A stretch of 64,000 nucleotides of DNA from Candidatus Dormiibacterota bacterium (GCA_963709585.1 CAVPXI010000014.1:416001-480000), one strand, 5' to 3'. Counted from the first letter of the stretch, positions 7,564 to 17,909 are shown. The notes: generated from the letters alone by a model not told the origin. A program made the numbers and translations.

Positions 7564-9213
7564 GTGCCGGCATTCCTGAACCTGGCTGACAACCCGCTGG
7601 TGCGTGCCGTGGCGCGCGTCCCCGCCACGGTCAACCGCAAGCTTCTCGTCGCCTTCGTCGGAATCGTTGTCCTGCTCGTCACGGTCGGCGTTCTCGGTCT
7701 CCGCGTCCTCGGCGACGCGAACGACCGCGTCGAGACACTCGGGAAGCTGCAACAGCGGACAGTGGCATATCAGAACCTCCAGACCGACGTCGTCCTGCTG
7801 GGCAACCTGATGGCGCTGCGGGTGGATAACGATTTCGCCAGCATCTTCTCGGGGGTGAACACGTCGCCGGCGGTCAGCCTGGCAGTTGACCAAATCATCC
7901 AGACCGCGAGCATCACGATCGGCCCAGCGTCAGACATCAGCCAACTCGGCTTCGTGCCCCCTCCTGAAGAGAGGAACCTCCTCGGCCAGATCGAGCTGGA
8001 TTTCCGTCAATTCTCCAGCGTGATCACCCGGATCATCGCCTACGACAAAGATGGACAGGCAAGCCAGGCTCAGCTGCTGCAGAACACCCAGGGCAACGAC
8101 CGCGCCACCGACTTGCTGCGTCGGGCGAACCAGCTCGTGCACACCACGAACGTGGAAACCGCTGGTCTGATCGCCCTCAACACAAGTGCCTACGCGGACT
8201 CGCAACACCTCTTCATCGGCGTCGCGGCAGGGAGCGTCGTCGTGGCCCTGCTCCTGGGCTTCGTCATCTCCCGGTCCCTCATCGGGCCGATCCGGAAAAT
8301 GGACACCCGGCTGGCGGCCATCGCTTCGGGCGATTTCTCGGGCCACGTCGACGTCCCCAACCGCGACGAGCTCGGTGCCCTCGCCACGAACCTCAACCGG
8401 ATGAACGACCAGCTGGGCCGCCTCTATGGGGAGCTCGAGACTGCCAGCCGGCACAAGTCGGAATTCCTCGCCAACATGTCGCACGAGCTGCGCACCCCGC
8501 TCAACGCCGTGATCGGTTTCTCGGAGGTGTTGCAGGACCGCCTGTTCGGCGATCTCAACGACAAGCAGGCGGAGTACGTCGCCGATATCCACGCCTCGGG
8601 ACGCCATCTGCTTGCGCTGATCAACGACATCCTGGACCTCTCCAAGATCGAGGCGGGAAGGATGGATCTGCAAATCACGCCCTTCGCACTCTCCGATGTC
8701 GTAGAGAACTCGGTGGCACTGTCGCGCGAACGCGCCACGCGTGAGGGCGTTGCGCTGGGGCTCGAGGTCGACCCGGGCATCGGCGTCATCGAGGCGGACG
8801 AACGGATGCTCAAGCAGGTGCTCTTCAACCTGCTCTCCAACGCCTTGAAGTTCACAGCCAGGGGTGGTCATGTCGGCGTCAGCGCTCATGCTGTCGGCGA
8901 CGACGTGGTGGTCAGCGTGCGCGATGACGGTGTCGGTATCGCGCCGGCGGACCAAGCCCGCATTTTCGAGGAGTTCCAGCAGGTCGGAACGTCCCACCTC
9001 CAGGAGGGGACAGGTCTCGGCCTCGCCATCTCGCGACGCTTCGTCGAGCTCCACGGCGGCAGCCTCCGTGTGGAGAGCGAACCGAGCCACGGCAGCACTT
9101 TCACCTTCACGATCCCGCGCACCCAGGGCACCGCGATCCCACCTGACAGCGAAGCGCCACCTCCCGCGGGAGTCGCCGCCACGGCAACCCACACCACGGC
9201 GCCGGTCGCATGA
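7564..9213 (+). CDS. membrane sensor histidine kinase (HAMP-HisKA-HATPase)
   Basis: Two TMs, HAMP (NRDELGALA), FLANMSHELRTPLN H-box, NLLSNALKFT, DDGVGI, GTGLGL. Confidence 0.95.
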   Translation: MPAFLNLADNPLVRAVARVPATVNRKLLVAFVGIVVLLVTVGVLGLRVLGDANDRVETLGKLQQRTVAYQNLQTDVVLLGNLMALRVDNDFASIFSGVNTSPAVSLAVDQIIQTASITIGPASDISQLGFVPPPEERNLLGQIELDFRQFSSVITRIIAYDKDGQASQAQLLQNTQGNDRATDLLRRANQLVHTTNVETAGLIALNTSAYADSQHLFIGVAAGSVVVALLLGFVISRSLIGPIRKMDTRLAAIASGDFSGHVDVPNRDELGALATNLNRMNDQLGRLYGELETASRHKSEFLANMSHELRTPLNAVIGFSEVLQDRLFGDLNDKQAEYVADIHASGRHLLALINDILDLSKIEAGRMDLQITPFALSDVVENSVALSRERATREGVALGLEVDPGIGVIEADERMLKQVLFNLLSNALKFTARGGHVGVSAHAVGDDVVVSVRDDGVGIAPADQARIFEEFQQVGTSHLQEGTGLGLAISRRFVELHGGSLRVESEPSHGSTFTFTIPRTQGTAIPPDSEAPPPAGVAATATHTTAPVA

Positions 9214-9608
9214 CCACGCTTGCCCAGGGTCAGCTGGTGCTCATCGTCGAGGACAACGAGAAGAATCTCAAGCTCGCTCGCGATCTGTTGCAGTACCACG
9301 GCTTTCGCACCATCGAGGCGTCGGACGCCGAGACCGGGCTTCGGATGGCATCGAACTCCAAGCCCGACATCATCCTCATGGACATCGAACTGCCCGGCAT
9401 CGACGGGGTGACGGCACTCGAACGCCTCCGGGCTGATCCGGCCATCGCCGGCATCGTTGTGGTCGCCTTCACCGCGTCGGTCATGCCGGTCGACCGGGAC
9501 CGGTTCTCTCGGGCCGGCTTCGCCGGGGTCATCGTGAAGCCCATCGATGTGGCCATTTTTCCCCACCAGGTGCTCGCGTATTGCAACGGCTCGGCGCGAG
9601 ACGGCTGA
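9210..9608 (+). CDS. single-domain response regulator (DivK/CheY-like)
   Basis: IVEDN, ILMDIELPGIDG, FTAS, KPID; ATGA overlap with kinase. Confidence 0.92.
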   Translation: MTTLAQGQLVLIVEDNEKNLKLARDLLQYHGFRTIEASDAETGLRMASNSKPDIILMDIELPGIDGVTALERLRADPAIAGIVVVAFTASVMPVDRDRFSRAGFAGVIVKPIDVAIFPHQVLAYCNGSARDG

Positions 9609-10756
9609 TGGATCGGGCTGCGCGCTTATTGGTCATCGATGACACGCCGCAGAACGGGCGGCTCCTCGAGGCGATGCTCACACCACATGGCTACACGGTC
9701 GCTCTGGCTCTTTCCGGCGAAGAGGGACTCGCGAAGCTGCACTCCGAGCCACCCGACCTTGTGCTCCTCGACATCCTCATGCCCGACATGACCGGGTACG
9801 ACGTCTGCCGCCGGATTCGCGAGGAGCCCGCGACGCAACTTCTGCCGGTCGTCATGCTGACGTCGAGTGGCGACCAGGACAAGGTGAACGCCATTGAGGC
9901 GGGAGCGGACGATTTCATCAGTCGACCGTTCAATCCGCAGGAGTTGCTCAGCCGGGTGCGCTCGCTGCTGCGGATCAAGGAGTACCACGACACGATCCAG
10001 AAGCAGACCGCTGAGCTTGCCGAATGGAACCGGACGCTGGAGGAACGTGTTCAGAGTCAAGTAGCGCAACTCGAAGGTCTGGATCGGCTGCGCCGCTATT
10101 TCTCGGCAGCGGTAGCCGACGTGATCACGTCCGGGGGCGCGCAGCTGCTCGAGCCGCACCGGCGCGAGGTCACGATTCTGTTCTGTGATCTCAGAGGCTT
10201 CACCGCATTCGCCGCGAATGCGGAGCCCGAAGAGGTGATAGGCGCGCTCAGTCAGTTCTACGAGGCCGTCGGCGAGCTGATCCTCCGCTATGAGGCAACC
10301 CTCGAGCAGTTCGCCGGCGACTCGATCATGGCCATCTTCAACGACCCGATGCCGTGCGTCGAGCACACGGCCGCGGCGGTGCGAATGGCGGTCGAAATTC
10401 GTGAGCGTATGCAGGCGGTGACCGACGCCTGGCGACGCAACGGCTTCGACCTCGACGCGGGCATCGGCATCGCCGAGGGGTACGCGACCCTCGGCCGCGT
10501 CGGCTTCGAAGGACGGTTCGACTATCGCGCAACCGGGAGCGTCGTCAACCTCGCATCGCGTCTGTGCTCCCAAGCGCTTGGCGGCCAGATCCTCCTCTCG
10601 CCGCGCGCCTATGCGACCGTGAGCGACCTCGTGAGCATCGAACCGGTCGGCCCACTCCAACTGAAAGGGTTCCACGACCCCGTGCAGGCCTACAACGTCA
10701 TCGGGCTGCGGGAGCAGACACCGTCGGCGTCCACACGGCAAGGGAGCAAGGAGTAG
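9608..10756 (+). CDS. response regulator receiver - class III adenylate/guanylate cyclase
   Basis: IDD, LLDILMP receiver; TILFCDLRGFT, FAGDSIMAIF, GSVVNLASRL, LKGF cyclase motifs. Confidence 0.93.
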   Translation: MDRAARLLVIDDTPQNGRLLEAMLTPHGYTVALALSGEEGLAKLHSEPPDLVLLDILMPDMTGYDVCRRIREEPATQLLPVVMLTSSGDQDKVNAIEAGADDFISRPFNPQELLSRVRSLLRIKEYHDTIQKQTAELAEWNRTLEERVQSQVAQLEGLDRLRRYFSAAVADVITSGGAQLLEPHRREVTILFCDLRGFTAFAANAEPEEVIGALSQFYEAVGELILRYEATLEQFAGDSIMAIFNDPMPCVEHTAAAVRMAVEIRERMQAVTDAWRRNGFDLDAGIGIAEGYATLGRVGFEGRFDYRATGSVVNLASRLCSQALGGQILLSPRAYATVSDLVSIEPVGPLQLKGFHDPVQAYNVIGLREQTPSASTRQGSKE

Positions 10757-10783
10757 ACCTGCCCGGTCAGGATGACGGCCCCG

Positions 10784-11386
10784 TCAGGGCAGCCGCCCGA
10801 CCACAAAGTTCGCTCCCGCCTCGAGTTGGACGTCGCTGCAGGGCGGGCGCATCAGCACGCACACGACGTTGAAGACGTTCGACCCGTCGATCACGTAAAT
10901 ACCGGTATCTTCTGGGTCGGGCGAGTGGGCGATAACGGCCCCACCATGGAAGGTCGGCAACTCGGCGATCGTGAACGACGGAGGAATCAATGCCTTGCTG
11001 GCGTTGTAATACGCCCTCGCGGCAGCCGGATCCACGCCCTGCCACAGCGCGACGCTCACCCACGTGTCCTCGCCCACGTAGCCAAAGAGGCATTCGCGCT
11101 CTGGGCCCACCACCTTGGTGACGCCCGGGCCAGTGTTATAACCGGAAACCATGGCCACCTCCTCGATCGTCATCAGGGTGCATGGGTCGATGTTGCCGCG
11201 CGTCAACTGCCCACCGCCCCCTCCCGAAGGAGTCCGGGTGACCACACGTTGCGGTGTCGCCGTGGGGGCATTGCTGGGCGTTGGTGCCGAGGTCGACGTT
11301 GCGCATCCGGCGAGAGCTAGGGCGGCCAGCCCGGCCATCACGAACCTTGGACCGCGCACCATGTAGGACCTGTTACCGGCTGCCAT
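10784..11386 (-). CDS. lipoprotein (DUF3558-like)
   Basis: GGGAG RBS; lipobox LAGC; Pro/Thr linker; IDPCTLMT..EV motif and additional Cys. Confidence 0.7.
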   Translation of the reverse strand: MAAGNRSYMVRGPRFVMAGLAALALAGCATSTSAPTPSNAPTATPQRVVTRTPSGGGGGQLTRGNIDPCTLMTIEEVAMVSGYNTGPGVTKVVGPERECLFGYVGEDTWVSVALWQGVDPAAARAYYNASKALIPPSFTIAELPTFHGGAVIAHSPDPEDTGIYVIDGSNVFNVVCVLMRPPCSDVQLEAGANFVVGRLP

Positions 11387-11485
11387 GGTTTCGATCTCCC
11401 TGATGTGGCGTTTGAATGCCAGTGCTCTTAGCACCGCGAGCGTGGCACCGTGGTCATCCGGTGTCAGTCACTTACCCGACAACTC
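11384..11485 (-). promoter_or_regulatory. shared ~100-nt lipoprotein leader, copy 2
   Basis: Colinear similarity to 4600-4700. Confidence 0.65.
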
Positions 11486-11595
11486 GCAGCCACTACGGCT
11501 TCGAACGCCAGCTTGGGAATGATTCACTGGTCGTCATCCGGCGGGCTAACCCGATCACTCCCTTACTAACGCTTTCGGAGGCGATTTTGCTGACA
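11486..11595 (-). pseudogene. ECF promoter cassette copy C plus relic of the first ~30 codons of the sigma gene
   Basis: TGTCAGCAAAATCGCCTCCGAAAGCGTTAGTAAGGGAGTG then VIGLARRMTTSESFP/KLAFEAVVA, matching the sigma N-terminus, then abrupt loss. Confidence 0.75.
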
Positions 11596-11629
11596 GGCGA
11601 TTGTTTCTCCCTGACCCTCACGGATCGCC

Positions 11630-11903
11630 CACTGGCAAGACGCTCCTGCTTATAGGCGCTGCCGGCGGCGTTGGCTCATTCACCACTCCACTCGCCAACG
11701 CAGGTGCCCAGGTGATCGCTATTGCCCGCGATGACGCGGCCGACCGGCTACGTGCCTACGGCGCTGAGGAAGTGCTCGACTACGCGGAGGCCGTCGTCAG
11801 CGAACAGATCGTGGCAACGCCGATCACACGGATCGGCCTCGGTGACGTTGCCAAACTGAACGCCAACCCCAACACTGAGGGGAAGACCGTCATAGTCCCC
11901 TGA
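11630..11903 (+). pseudogene. fragment of MDR/NADPH:quinone oxidoreductase
   Basis: GKTLLLIGAAGGVGSF...YGAEEVLDY...GKTVI; N-terminal domain absent and internal deletion. Confidence 0.7.
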
Positions 11904-11963
11904 TATCTCAGACCCCTGATACGTCCAACGTCGGGCGCGCTACGGGGGTACTGTAGACACGCA

Positions 11964-12083
11964 ATGGGTTTCGTTGGCGGCCATCTCCCCGAGTTACTGG
12001 TCGTTATCGTCGTCTTGGGAGGCGTCGCATGGGTAGGGTTGACTCTCATACGTCGGGTGCATGATTCCTGGCACCGGAAGTGA
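11964..12083 (+). CDS. 39-aa single-TM peptide with TatA-like N-terminus
   Basis: MGFVGGHLPELLVVIVVLGGVAWVGLTLIRRVHDSWHRK*; below the ORF-track cutoff. Confidence 0.5.
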   Translation: MGFVGGHLPELLVVIVVLGGVAWVGLTLIRRVHDSWHRK

Positions 12084-12311
12084 CGCGAGCGACTGCCACC
12101 CAGCGTTAGCAGCCCTATAGTGAATCTGGGCGTGCCCGGCCTCACGATCGTGGTCACTGATCGAGCCCTGAAGTTCATCGGTGCGGTTGGCACAACCTGT
12201 TGGTCGACGAGGAGCTCATCACGGGCTTCGTCGTCCCCGGTCGGCCGACGGAGCTTCACGCGCGTGCCACGGCTGAACGATCAGGCCCAGCCCCGACAAT
12301 GGAGGTCGAAC

Positions 12312-12635
12312 ATGACAGCAACTCTGAAGGTGACGCATAAAGCACTCGGAGCCGAGGTCCGACGTGGCACGTACGACATCGTGGTTGACGGTCACCTTGC
12401 CGGATCGGTCGAAATGAACGACACGGTCGAGATACCAATCGAACCTGGACGTCACACCCTGCAAGTTCGCAGCGGCCGAAACTCCAGCCGAGCCCAGACC
12501 TTCGACGCCGCCGAGAGCCAGACCGTCGCCTTCCGATGCACCGGAAAGAGCTTTCTGCCGATCTTCCTCGCGTCCTTCTTCGTCCCCAGCCTGGCGCTCC
12601 AGCTCCGCCGTGAAGCCGATGATCGGTCTCTCTGA
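12312..12635 (+). CDS. small conserved hypothetical protein (beta-rich with hydrophobic C-terminus)
   Basis: GGAGG RBS at 12301; YDIVVDG...IEPGRHTLQVRSGR pattern. Confidence 0.7.
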   Translation: MTATLKVTHKALGAEVRRGTYDIVVDGHLAGSVEMNDTVEIPIEPGRHTLQVRSGRNSSRAQTFDAAESQTVAFRCTGKSFLPIFLASFFVPSLALQLRREADDRSL

Positions 12636-12986
12636 CATCGTCCAGAGGAGGATGAAGCGAAACTGGCGCGATCCCGTCCATCGAAATACCAAGACCGTGC
12701 CTCGGTCCACGTTTCATGGTCGGGGCATTCATTCCTTAGTCCGACCCTGTCGAGAGACGTCGAGTTAGACCGGCGCGTCGGCCAGAGTAGAAGCTTCTAC
12801 CGCGGCTGCCGAACTCTCCTGGAGCTTGAGTGCGGGCTGGAACGCCGGGACGGGACCAACGGCCCTGTCGCGTTGCGAGCGCGGGTGTCATGCTCCATGC
12901 ATGCGAGGTAGCCGCCGTTGTCGTGCGCGTATGACCGGGTCAGACACGGTGAACGCATACGCGCCGCGGCAGATCAGGGGGAGCCG

Positions 12987-13989
12987 ATGAAAGCGGTCGT
13001 CTACGACACCTATGGCTCACCTGATGTCCTGGAACTCAGAGAGATCGACGAACCGCTGGCCAGGGACGATCAGGTGCTGGTGCGGGTCATCGCAACTTCG
13101 CTGAATGCCGCTGACTGGCACTTGATGCGCGGCCTGCCGTACCTAGCGCGCCTGATTTTTGGGCTGCGCAAACCGAGCAAGGTCACCGTTCTCGGAGGCG
13201 ATATCGCGGGCCAGGTTGAAGCAGTTGGCAAGAACGTGACGCGGTTCATTCCAGGTGATGAGGTCTTCGGGCGGACGCGGGCCGCCATACGCCCCGATCG
13301 TCGCGATGCCGTCGCCACAGGTGGCTGTGCCGAGTTCGCATGCGTCGTCGAGGACGTACTGGTGCGGAAGCCGGCCAACCTGACTTTCGAACAGGCGGCG
13401 CCGTACCCTTGGCGGCGTTGACGGCGCTGCAGGCTCTGCGCGACAAGGGCGACGTTCAGCCAGGGCAGAAGGTCTTGATCAACGGGGCGTCAGGAGGGGT
13501 GGGCACATTCGCCGTGCAGATCGCGAAGGCGTTCGGCGGTGACGTGACCGGCGTATGCGGCAGCACGAACGGGGACATGGTGCGATCCATCGGCGCCGAT
13601 CAGGTCATCGACTACACCCAGGAGGACTTCACCAAGGGTGGGCAGCGTTATGACCTCATCCTCGACATCGCGGATCGTTCGCTGACCGACCTGCGACGTG
13701 CGCTCACAGCTCGGGGGACTTCGTCACGATCGGAGGATCGGCCGGTCGTTGGATCAATGGCCTTGGCCGCGAAAACAAGGAGCGCGTGGTATCCCCATTC
13801 GTGAGTAAGCGGCTACAACCGTTCCTCACGAAGTGGAACCGACAGGACCTGGAGGTTTTGAAGGAACTCATCGAAGGCGCCAAGGTCACGCCGGTCGTCG
13901 ACCGGGCCTACACCCTGAGTGAGAGCCCGGAGGCGATGCGTTACCTGGAACAAGGTCATGCTCGAGGAAAGATCGTCATCAAGGTGTGA
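12987..13989 (+). CDS. NAD(P)-dependent MDR alcohol dehydrogenase/quinone reductase, two frameshifts (~13400, ~13720)
   Basis: [22 protein letters not shown], then [37 protein letters not shown] in successive frames. Confidence 0.85.
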
Positions 13990-14110
13990 GGCGCGGGCTG
14001 GCGACGGCGAACGGGTGCGACGGGTCGAGCCGTGCTCCGATGATCGAGACGCGAGGATCACCGCGGTCGCGATCCTTCGCCAAAGTCGAGTTGGTCAGGC
14101 CGGACATCGG

Positions 14111-14503
14111 TCATCCGTCTAAGGCCACTACGACGAAGCAGGCCGTGAGCACCAGCCCGATCGGTGCCATGAGGAACCGCTCCCATCGACTGTGGGAAGC
14201 GCTGTTAGCGAGTGTGCTCAGGCCGACGATTACTGCGAGCACCCAGATTCCGACGCGCACGGGCGCGGATTCCCTCGCGACCCCGAGGCGTCCTGCGCGA
14301 GCAAGGACGACATAGAACGCCGCGACGAAAACGAAGGCAGATATCGCACTTGCGCCGCGCAATCTTGCGGGTAGTACCCCGTTCGCTCCACCGAACGCGG
14401 CGTGGCCCAGGGGGAAGCCGAGGGCCAAAAGGATCTGGAAGATCGCCATCCCGACGACCCCTGCCGCTGCAACGAGAGCCACCCAATTCGCCATGGATCT
14501 CAT
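14111..14503 (-). CDS. integral membrane hypothetical protein (4 TM)
   Basis: FQILLALGFPLGHAAFGG...LPARLR...N.AS.SRWER..MAP hydrophobic pattern. Confidence 0.75.
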   Translation of the reverse strand: MRSMANWVALVAAAGVVGMAIFQILLALGFPLGHAAFGGANGVLPARLRGASAISAFVFVAAFYVVLARAGRLGVARESAPVRVGIWVLAVIVGLSTLANSASHSRWERFLMAPIGLVLTACFVVVALDG

Positions 14504-14771
14504 TTCCAACCTCTGCTGTCGCTCGGCAAGGGGCGCCGCCTCATTGTCCATCCCAGGACGAGTTCCATGGGTGGCGGTCGTCGCGCGCCGCGCCTTCTTA
14601 CTTCGGGGACCTTGGCAAGGACACACATTTGGTCGTTGGCTGGCAGGCGAGTGCGGCCCAGCGACTGGATCACCTGCACCGGGTGCATCCCGAGATGCGG
14701 AAATACGCGCCCCGTTGGTCCGGCTGAGGCCAATCCATCGCCTGTGGAGGTGTTTGACGCATTTGCGCGGA

Positions 14772-14797
14772 TGTAACTGTTGTGACGTGGTCCCGTT
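14772..14797 (+). promoter_or_regulatory. candidate ECF-type promoter of the LamG lipoprotein
   Basis: TGTAAC-N16-CGTT, 18 nt before ATG 14816. Confidence 0.35.
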
Positions 14798-14815
14798 TGA
14801 ATGGTGGAGACAGAG

Positions 14816-15628
14816 ATGAAACGCACAACCACCATAGGCACGGCGATCGCCGCTCTTGGCCTCGCAGCATGTGGATCGACAGTCGCTCCGAGGGTAACCC
14901 CGACCCCCGCAACGACGGTCACCTCAACCCCTGCGCCGATCGCAACCCCTGCGCCGACCGCAACGCTCGTGCCGACTCCATCATCCACTCCCGTGCCGCC
15001 GTCGCCGAATTATTGGTGGCCAGCCGAGGGGAATGCCAACGACTCCGTGGGCATGGATAACGGAACACTCGTCGGAGTCACGTTCGGTCCGGGTGTGTAT
15101 GGAACCGACCAGGCGTTCAGTTTTGGCGGAGCGGCGGATCAAGTCGTATTCAACACGGATGGCGGCAACCCTGGTACCGATGCCTTCACGTTCGCGTTCG
15201 CTCTCAAGACGACCGCGGCAACCCAAGAACAGGCCATTTGGGAGAAGCGAGCGCAGTGCGACTCCGACGGGACCAGCTTTTGGGGGTTCCGAATGCAGCC
15301 CAACGGGGTGGTCAATTTCGAGGCTCAGAATACCGTCGGCCAAGACTACGTGGACCTGGGTTCAACGGCGGTGGTCAACGACGGAGCGTGGCACTGGGTG
15401 GCCGTGACCAGACAGACCACTACGGCATCGCTGTATGTGGACGGCCAACTTCAAGCGACCACCACGACTGCAACAACCGCTGATATCTCGAAAAGAACGC
15501 CGATGCGGGCCGGTGTGAGCACTTGTGATGGGGTCGACGGGACCAGTGCGCTCGTGGGCCAACTGGACGAACTGATGATTTTCCGAGTGGCCCTCACCCG
15601 GTCGCAGATCCAGACCCTCGGGAGCTAA
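14816..15628 (+). CDS. LamG-like jellyroll (concanavalin A-like) lipoprotein
   Basis: Lipobox LAAC; PT-rich linker; WW.AEGNANDSVG, VNDGAWHWVAVTR, LYVDG, G.LDELMIF.VALT..QI. Confidence 0.85.
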   Translation: MKRTTTIGTAIAALGLAACGSTVAPRVTPTPATTVTSTPAPIATPAPTATLVPTPSSTPVPPSPNYWWPAEGNANDSVGMDNGTLVGVTFGPGVYGTDQAFSFGGAADQVVFNTDGGNPGTDAFTFAFALKTTAATQEQAIWEKRAQCDSDGTSFWGFRMQPNGVVNFEAQNTVGQDYVDLGSTAVVNDGAWHWVAVTRQTTTASLYVDGQLQATTTTATTADISKRTPMRAGVSTCDGVDGTSALVGQLDELMIFRVALTRSQIQTLGS

Positions 15629-15656
15629 ACGTCGCAGCATCTTTTTGGACCTCCCA

Positions 15657-17358
15657 TCATCGTTTTGGACCTGTCACCGGTTGCCATGTCACCTCGGGCC
15701 ACGACCACTCGAGGTTGAGTTCCGAGTTGAACTGCCCGTCCGCGTACGCGATTGGCGATGGCCCAGGCGCCACCGCGACCGAAACCACCCCATCGATCGA
15801 GCTGAGGAGCAGGCGTTTGCCATCGGGTGACCACAGGAGCCCGGACACCAAGAAGTTGGGCGGGACAGGCACCTCAACGACGTTCCGGCCGCGGGTGTCC
15901 ATGGTGACGACGTGTTGAGAGCTAGCGGCGACGTATGCCACTCGGTTGCCGTCCGGGGAAACCGTGGAAACGGTGCTGTAACCACCGGACGCGAGTTGTG
16001 TGTCGTGGCTGCCGTCGGCGTCTATGCGGTTCACGACCAGTGAATCACTGACCGGGTCCGTGCTGGTGTAAATGATGCCGTCGTCGGCCGTCCAACCGAT
16101 GGATCCCGAGTAGGACCCGGGAACAACTCCCTGTACCGCGATCACGGTGGGGGTGCTGCCGTCGATCGGGACGACGCGGATGTGGCCCGGCTCCGCCACC
16201 GCGATTCGCTTACCGTCGCGAGACCATGCGAATCCGTTCTGGCCCCACGGCGTGGCCAGGACCTGGAACAGCGTCGTCTTCCCTGACGTGGTGTCGGCGA
16301 CCCACAGATCAGCCCCCACGCGGTAGGCGACATGCCTGCCGTCGGGCGACCACTGCGGGCATGCGATCTCCCCCGGAGCCGTCGGTAGGGTGAGACGCAT
16401 GAGCGGCTGGGATGGGTCGCTCAGTGCGACGATCACCACGGCTCGATCCGAAACGGGCCATACCCCTCGACCTGACGTGACGGCGCCTGAGGCGCGGGCC
16501 TCTCCGTAGGCGAGCCGCTGTCCGTCAGGTGAGAACGCCGGGCAGTCCTGGGCGATGCCGTCGCCGTCGGATCCGATAACCCGCCGCGGAGAGGCGCCTG
16601 GACTTAAGAGGTAGATGTCGCCGTTCTCACCCCCACCGAAGGTCCAAGGGTTCGCGGAGGCTGCGATCCAACCCTGGGAAGCGACGGACGGTGGCACGGG
16701 CGGAGGACTTTCCGCGATGAAGATCTCCCACGTCGTCGACGGCGAGGTCGAGATCTCGATGGTCACTGGCTTCCCGAGGTCGGCCGCCTTCAGCACCTGA
16801 TTCGGGTATGAGGGCAACGACGTGGCAACGATGGCGGCATCGGCGGCTGAGGACGAGCAGCCCGGGCGCACCTCGGGGCCTAGGACGCCCGTGGCGGTGA
16901 CAACCAACGAGCTGTCGCCGACGCACGCGTACTGAATGTAGAGCTCCCCTTCGGGGATGATCGTCACGCTTGCGGTGCCCATGCCCTGCGTCTCCGGCAC
17001 CAGGACGGGCGCCAATACGGGCAACTCGGTTTGAATGGGCAAGTCTGAGCGAGAGGGCGAACCGGGGGTGTGGCGACGGCAGGGGGCTCGGCGACCACAC
17101 GGGGCGCAGCGGCGACACCGAGTGCTTGGCCGGCGCCGGGGTGCTCACGCGGTGTGCACTCAACTCAGTGGCGAACACGACGATTCCCGCCGCGATCACG
17201 GCGATTCCGACAACGCCGGCGAGACGACCCAGCGCCTTTCGACCTGAACGCGACGCGCGCGTCGTGATCCGCCCGAGGCTTGGCTGCGGATCCTGAGTTG
17301 CGATGCGGTCGTACATGGCCTGCAGCTGTCGGTCCAACTCAGGCTCAATGTCAAGCAT
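15657..17358 (-). CDS. membrane anti-sigma candidate with TolB/PD40-like beta-propeller; frameshift near 17065
   Basis: Start overlaps sigma stop; N-terminus homologous to the 6026 product; TM; repeated (F/W)SPDG.R.AY motifs in the second frame. Confidence 0.78.
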
Positions 17359-17872
17359 CGCCAAGCTCCTTTCGCAATGAAGCCAACCCGCGCGCGACAT
17401 GCGTGCGAACAGTGCCCGGCTTGCATCCCATGAAATCGGCGGACTCCTCGACCGAGTAGCCGTACCTGTAGTTGAGGGTGATCGCTGCCCGCTGCCTTAT
17501 CGACAAAGTGCGATATGCGTGGTCGATGTCGATGGTCTCCGCGGGACTGGTCTGACCCCGAGACGCACCGGCCGACTCGAACAGTTCGAGTGGCGGCCAG
17601 CCTCGAGCGCGGAGGTGCCGGCGTATGCTGGTGCACTGGTTGACGCACACGCGGGTCAGCCAGCGCGCCAGGTGATCGCTCTCCGATATGGACGGCCAGG
17701 ACCGCCAGGCCTTGAGCAACGTCTCCTGCACCGCGTCCTCTGCTTCGCCCTCATCCCTGAGGATGGAGAGCGCGAGTGTGTACAGCCTCCTCGCATCGGC
17801 GGCGACCAGGGCCTCGAACGCCAGCTCTGGCCGGGATTCACTCGTTGTCATCCGGCCGGCTGATCCAATCAC
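17351..17872 (-). CDS. ECF sigma factor, paralog 2
   Basis: About 29 differences in 173 aa from 5512-6033 by manual count; same region 2 and 4 motifs; GTG start by homology. Confidence 0.92.
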   Translation of the reverse strand: MIGSAGRMTTSESRPELAFEALVAADARRLYTLALSILRDEGEAEDAVQETLLKAWRSWPSISESDHLARWLTRVCVNQCTSIRRHLRARGWPPLELFESAGASRGQTSPAETIDIDHAYRTLSIRQRAAITLNYRYGYSVEESADFMGCKPGTVRTHVARGLASLRKELGDA

Positions 17873-17909
17873 CCCCTTAATAACGCTTTCCGAGGCGATT
17901 TTGCTGACA
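17870..17909 (-). promoter_or_regulatory. ECF promoter cassette copy D (autoregulatory position)
   Basis: TGTCAGCAAAATCGCCTCGGAAAGCGTTATTAAGGGGGTG directly at the sigma start. Confidence 0.7.

Noticed and set aside
12120-12295. Upstream extension of the 12312 gene or an NTF2-like fragment (LLVDEELITGF..PTELHA)
   Set aside because: The RBS supports 12312 as the start; the fragment is too short and frameshifted to call
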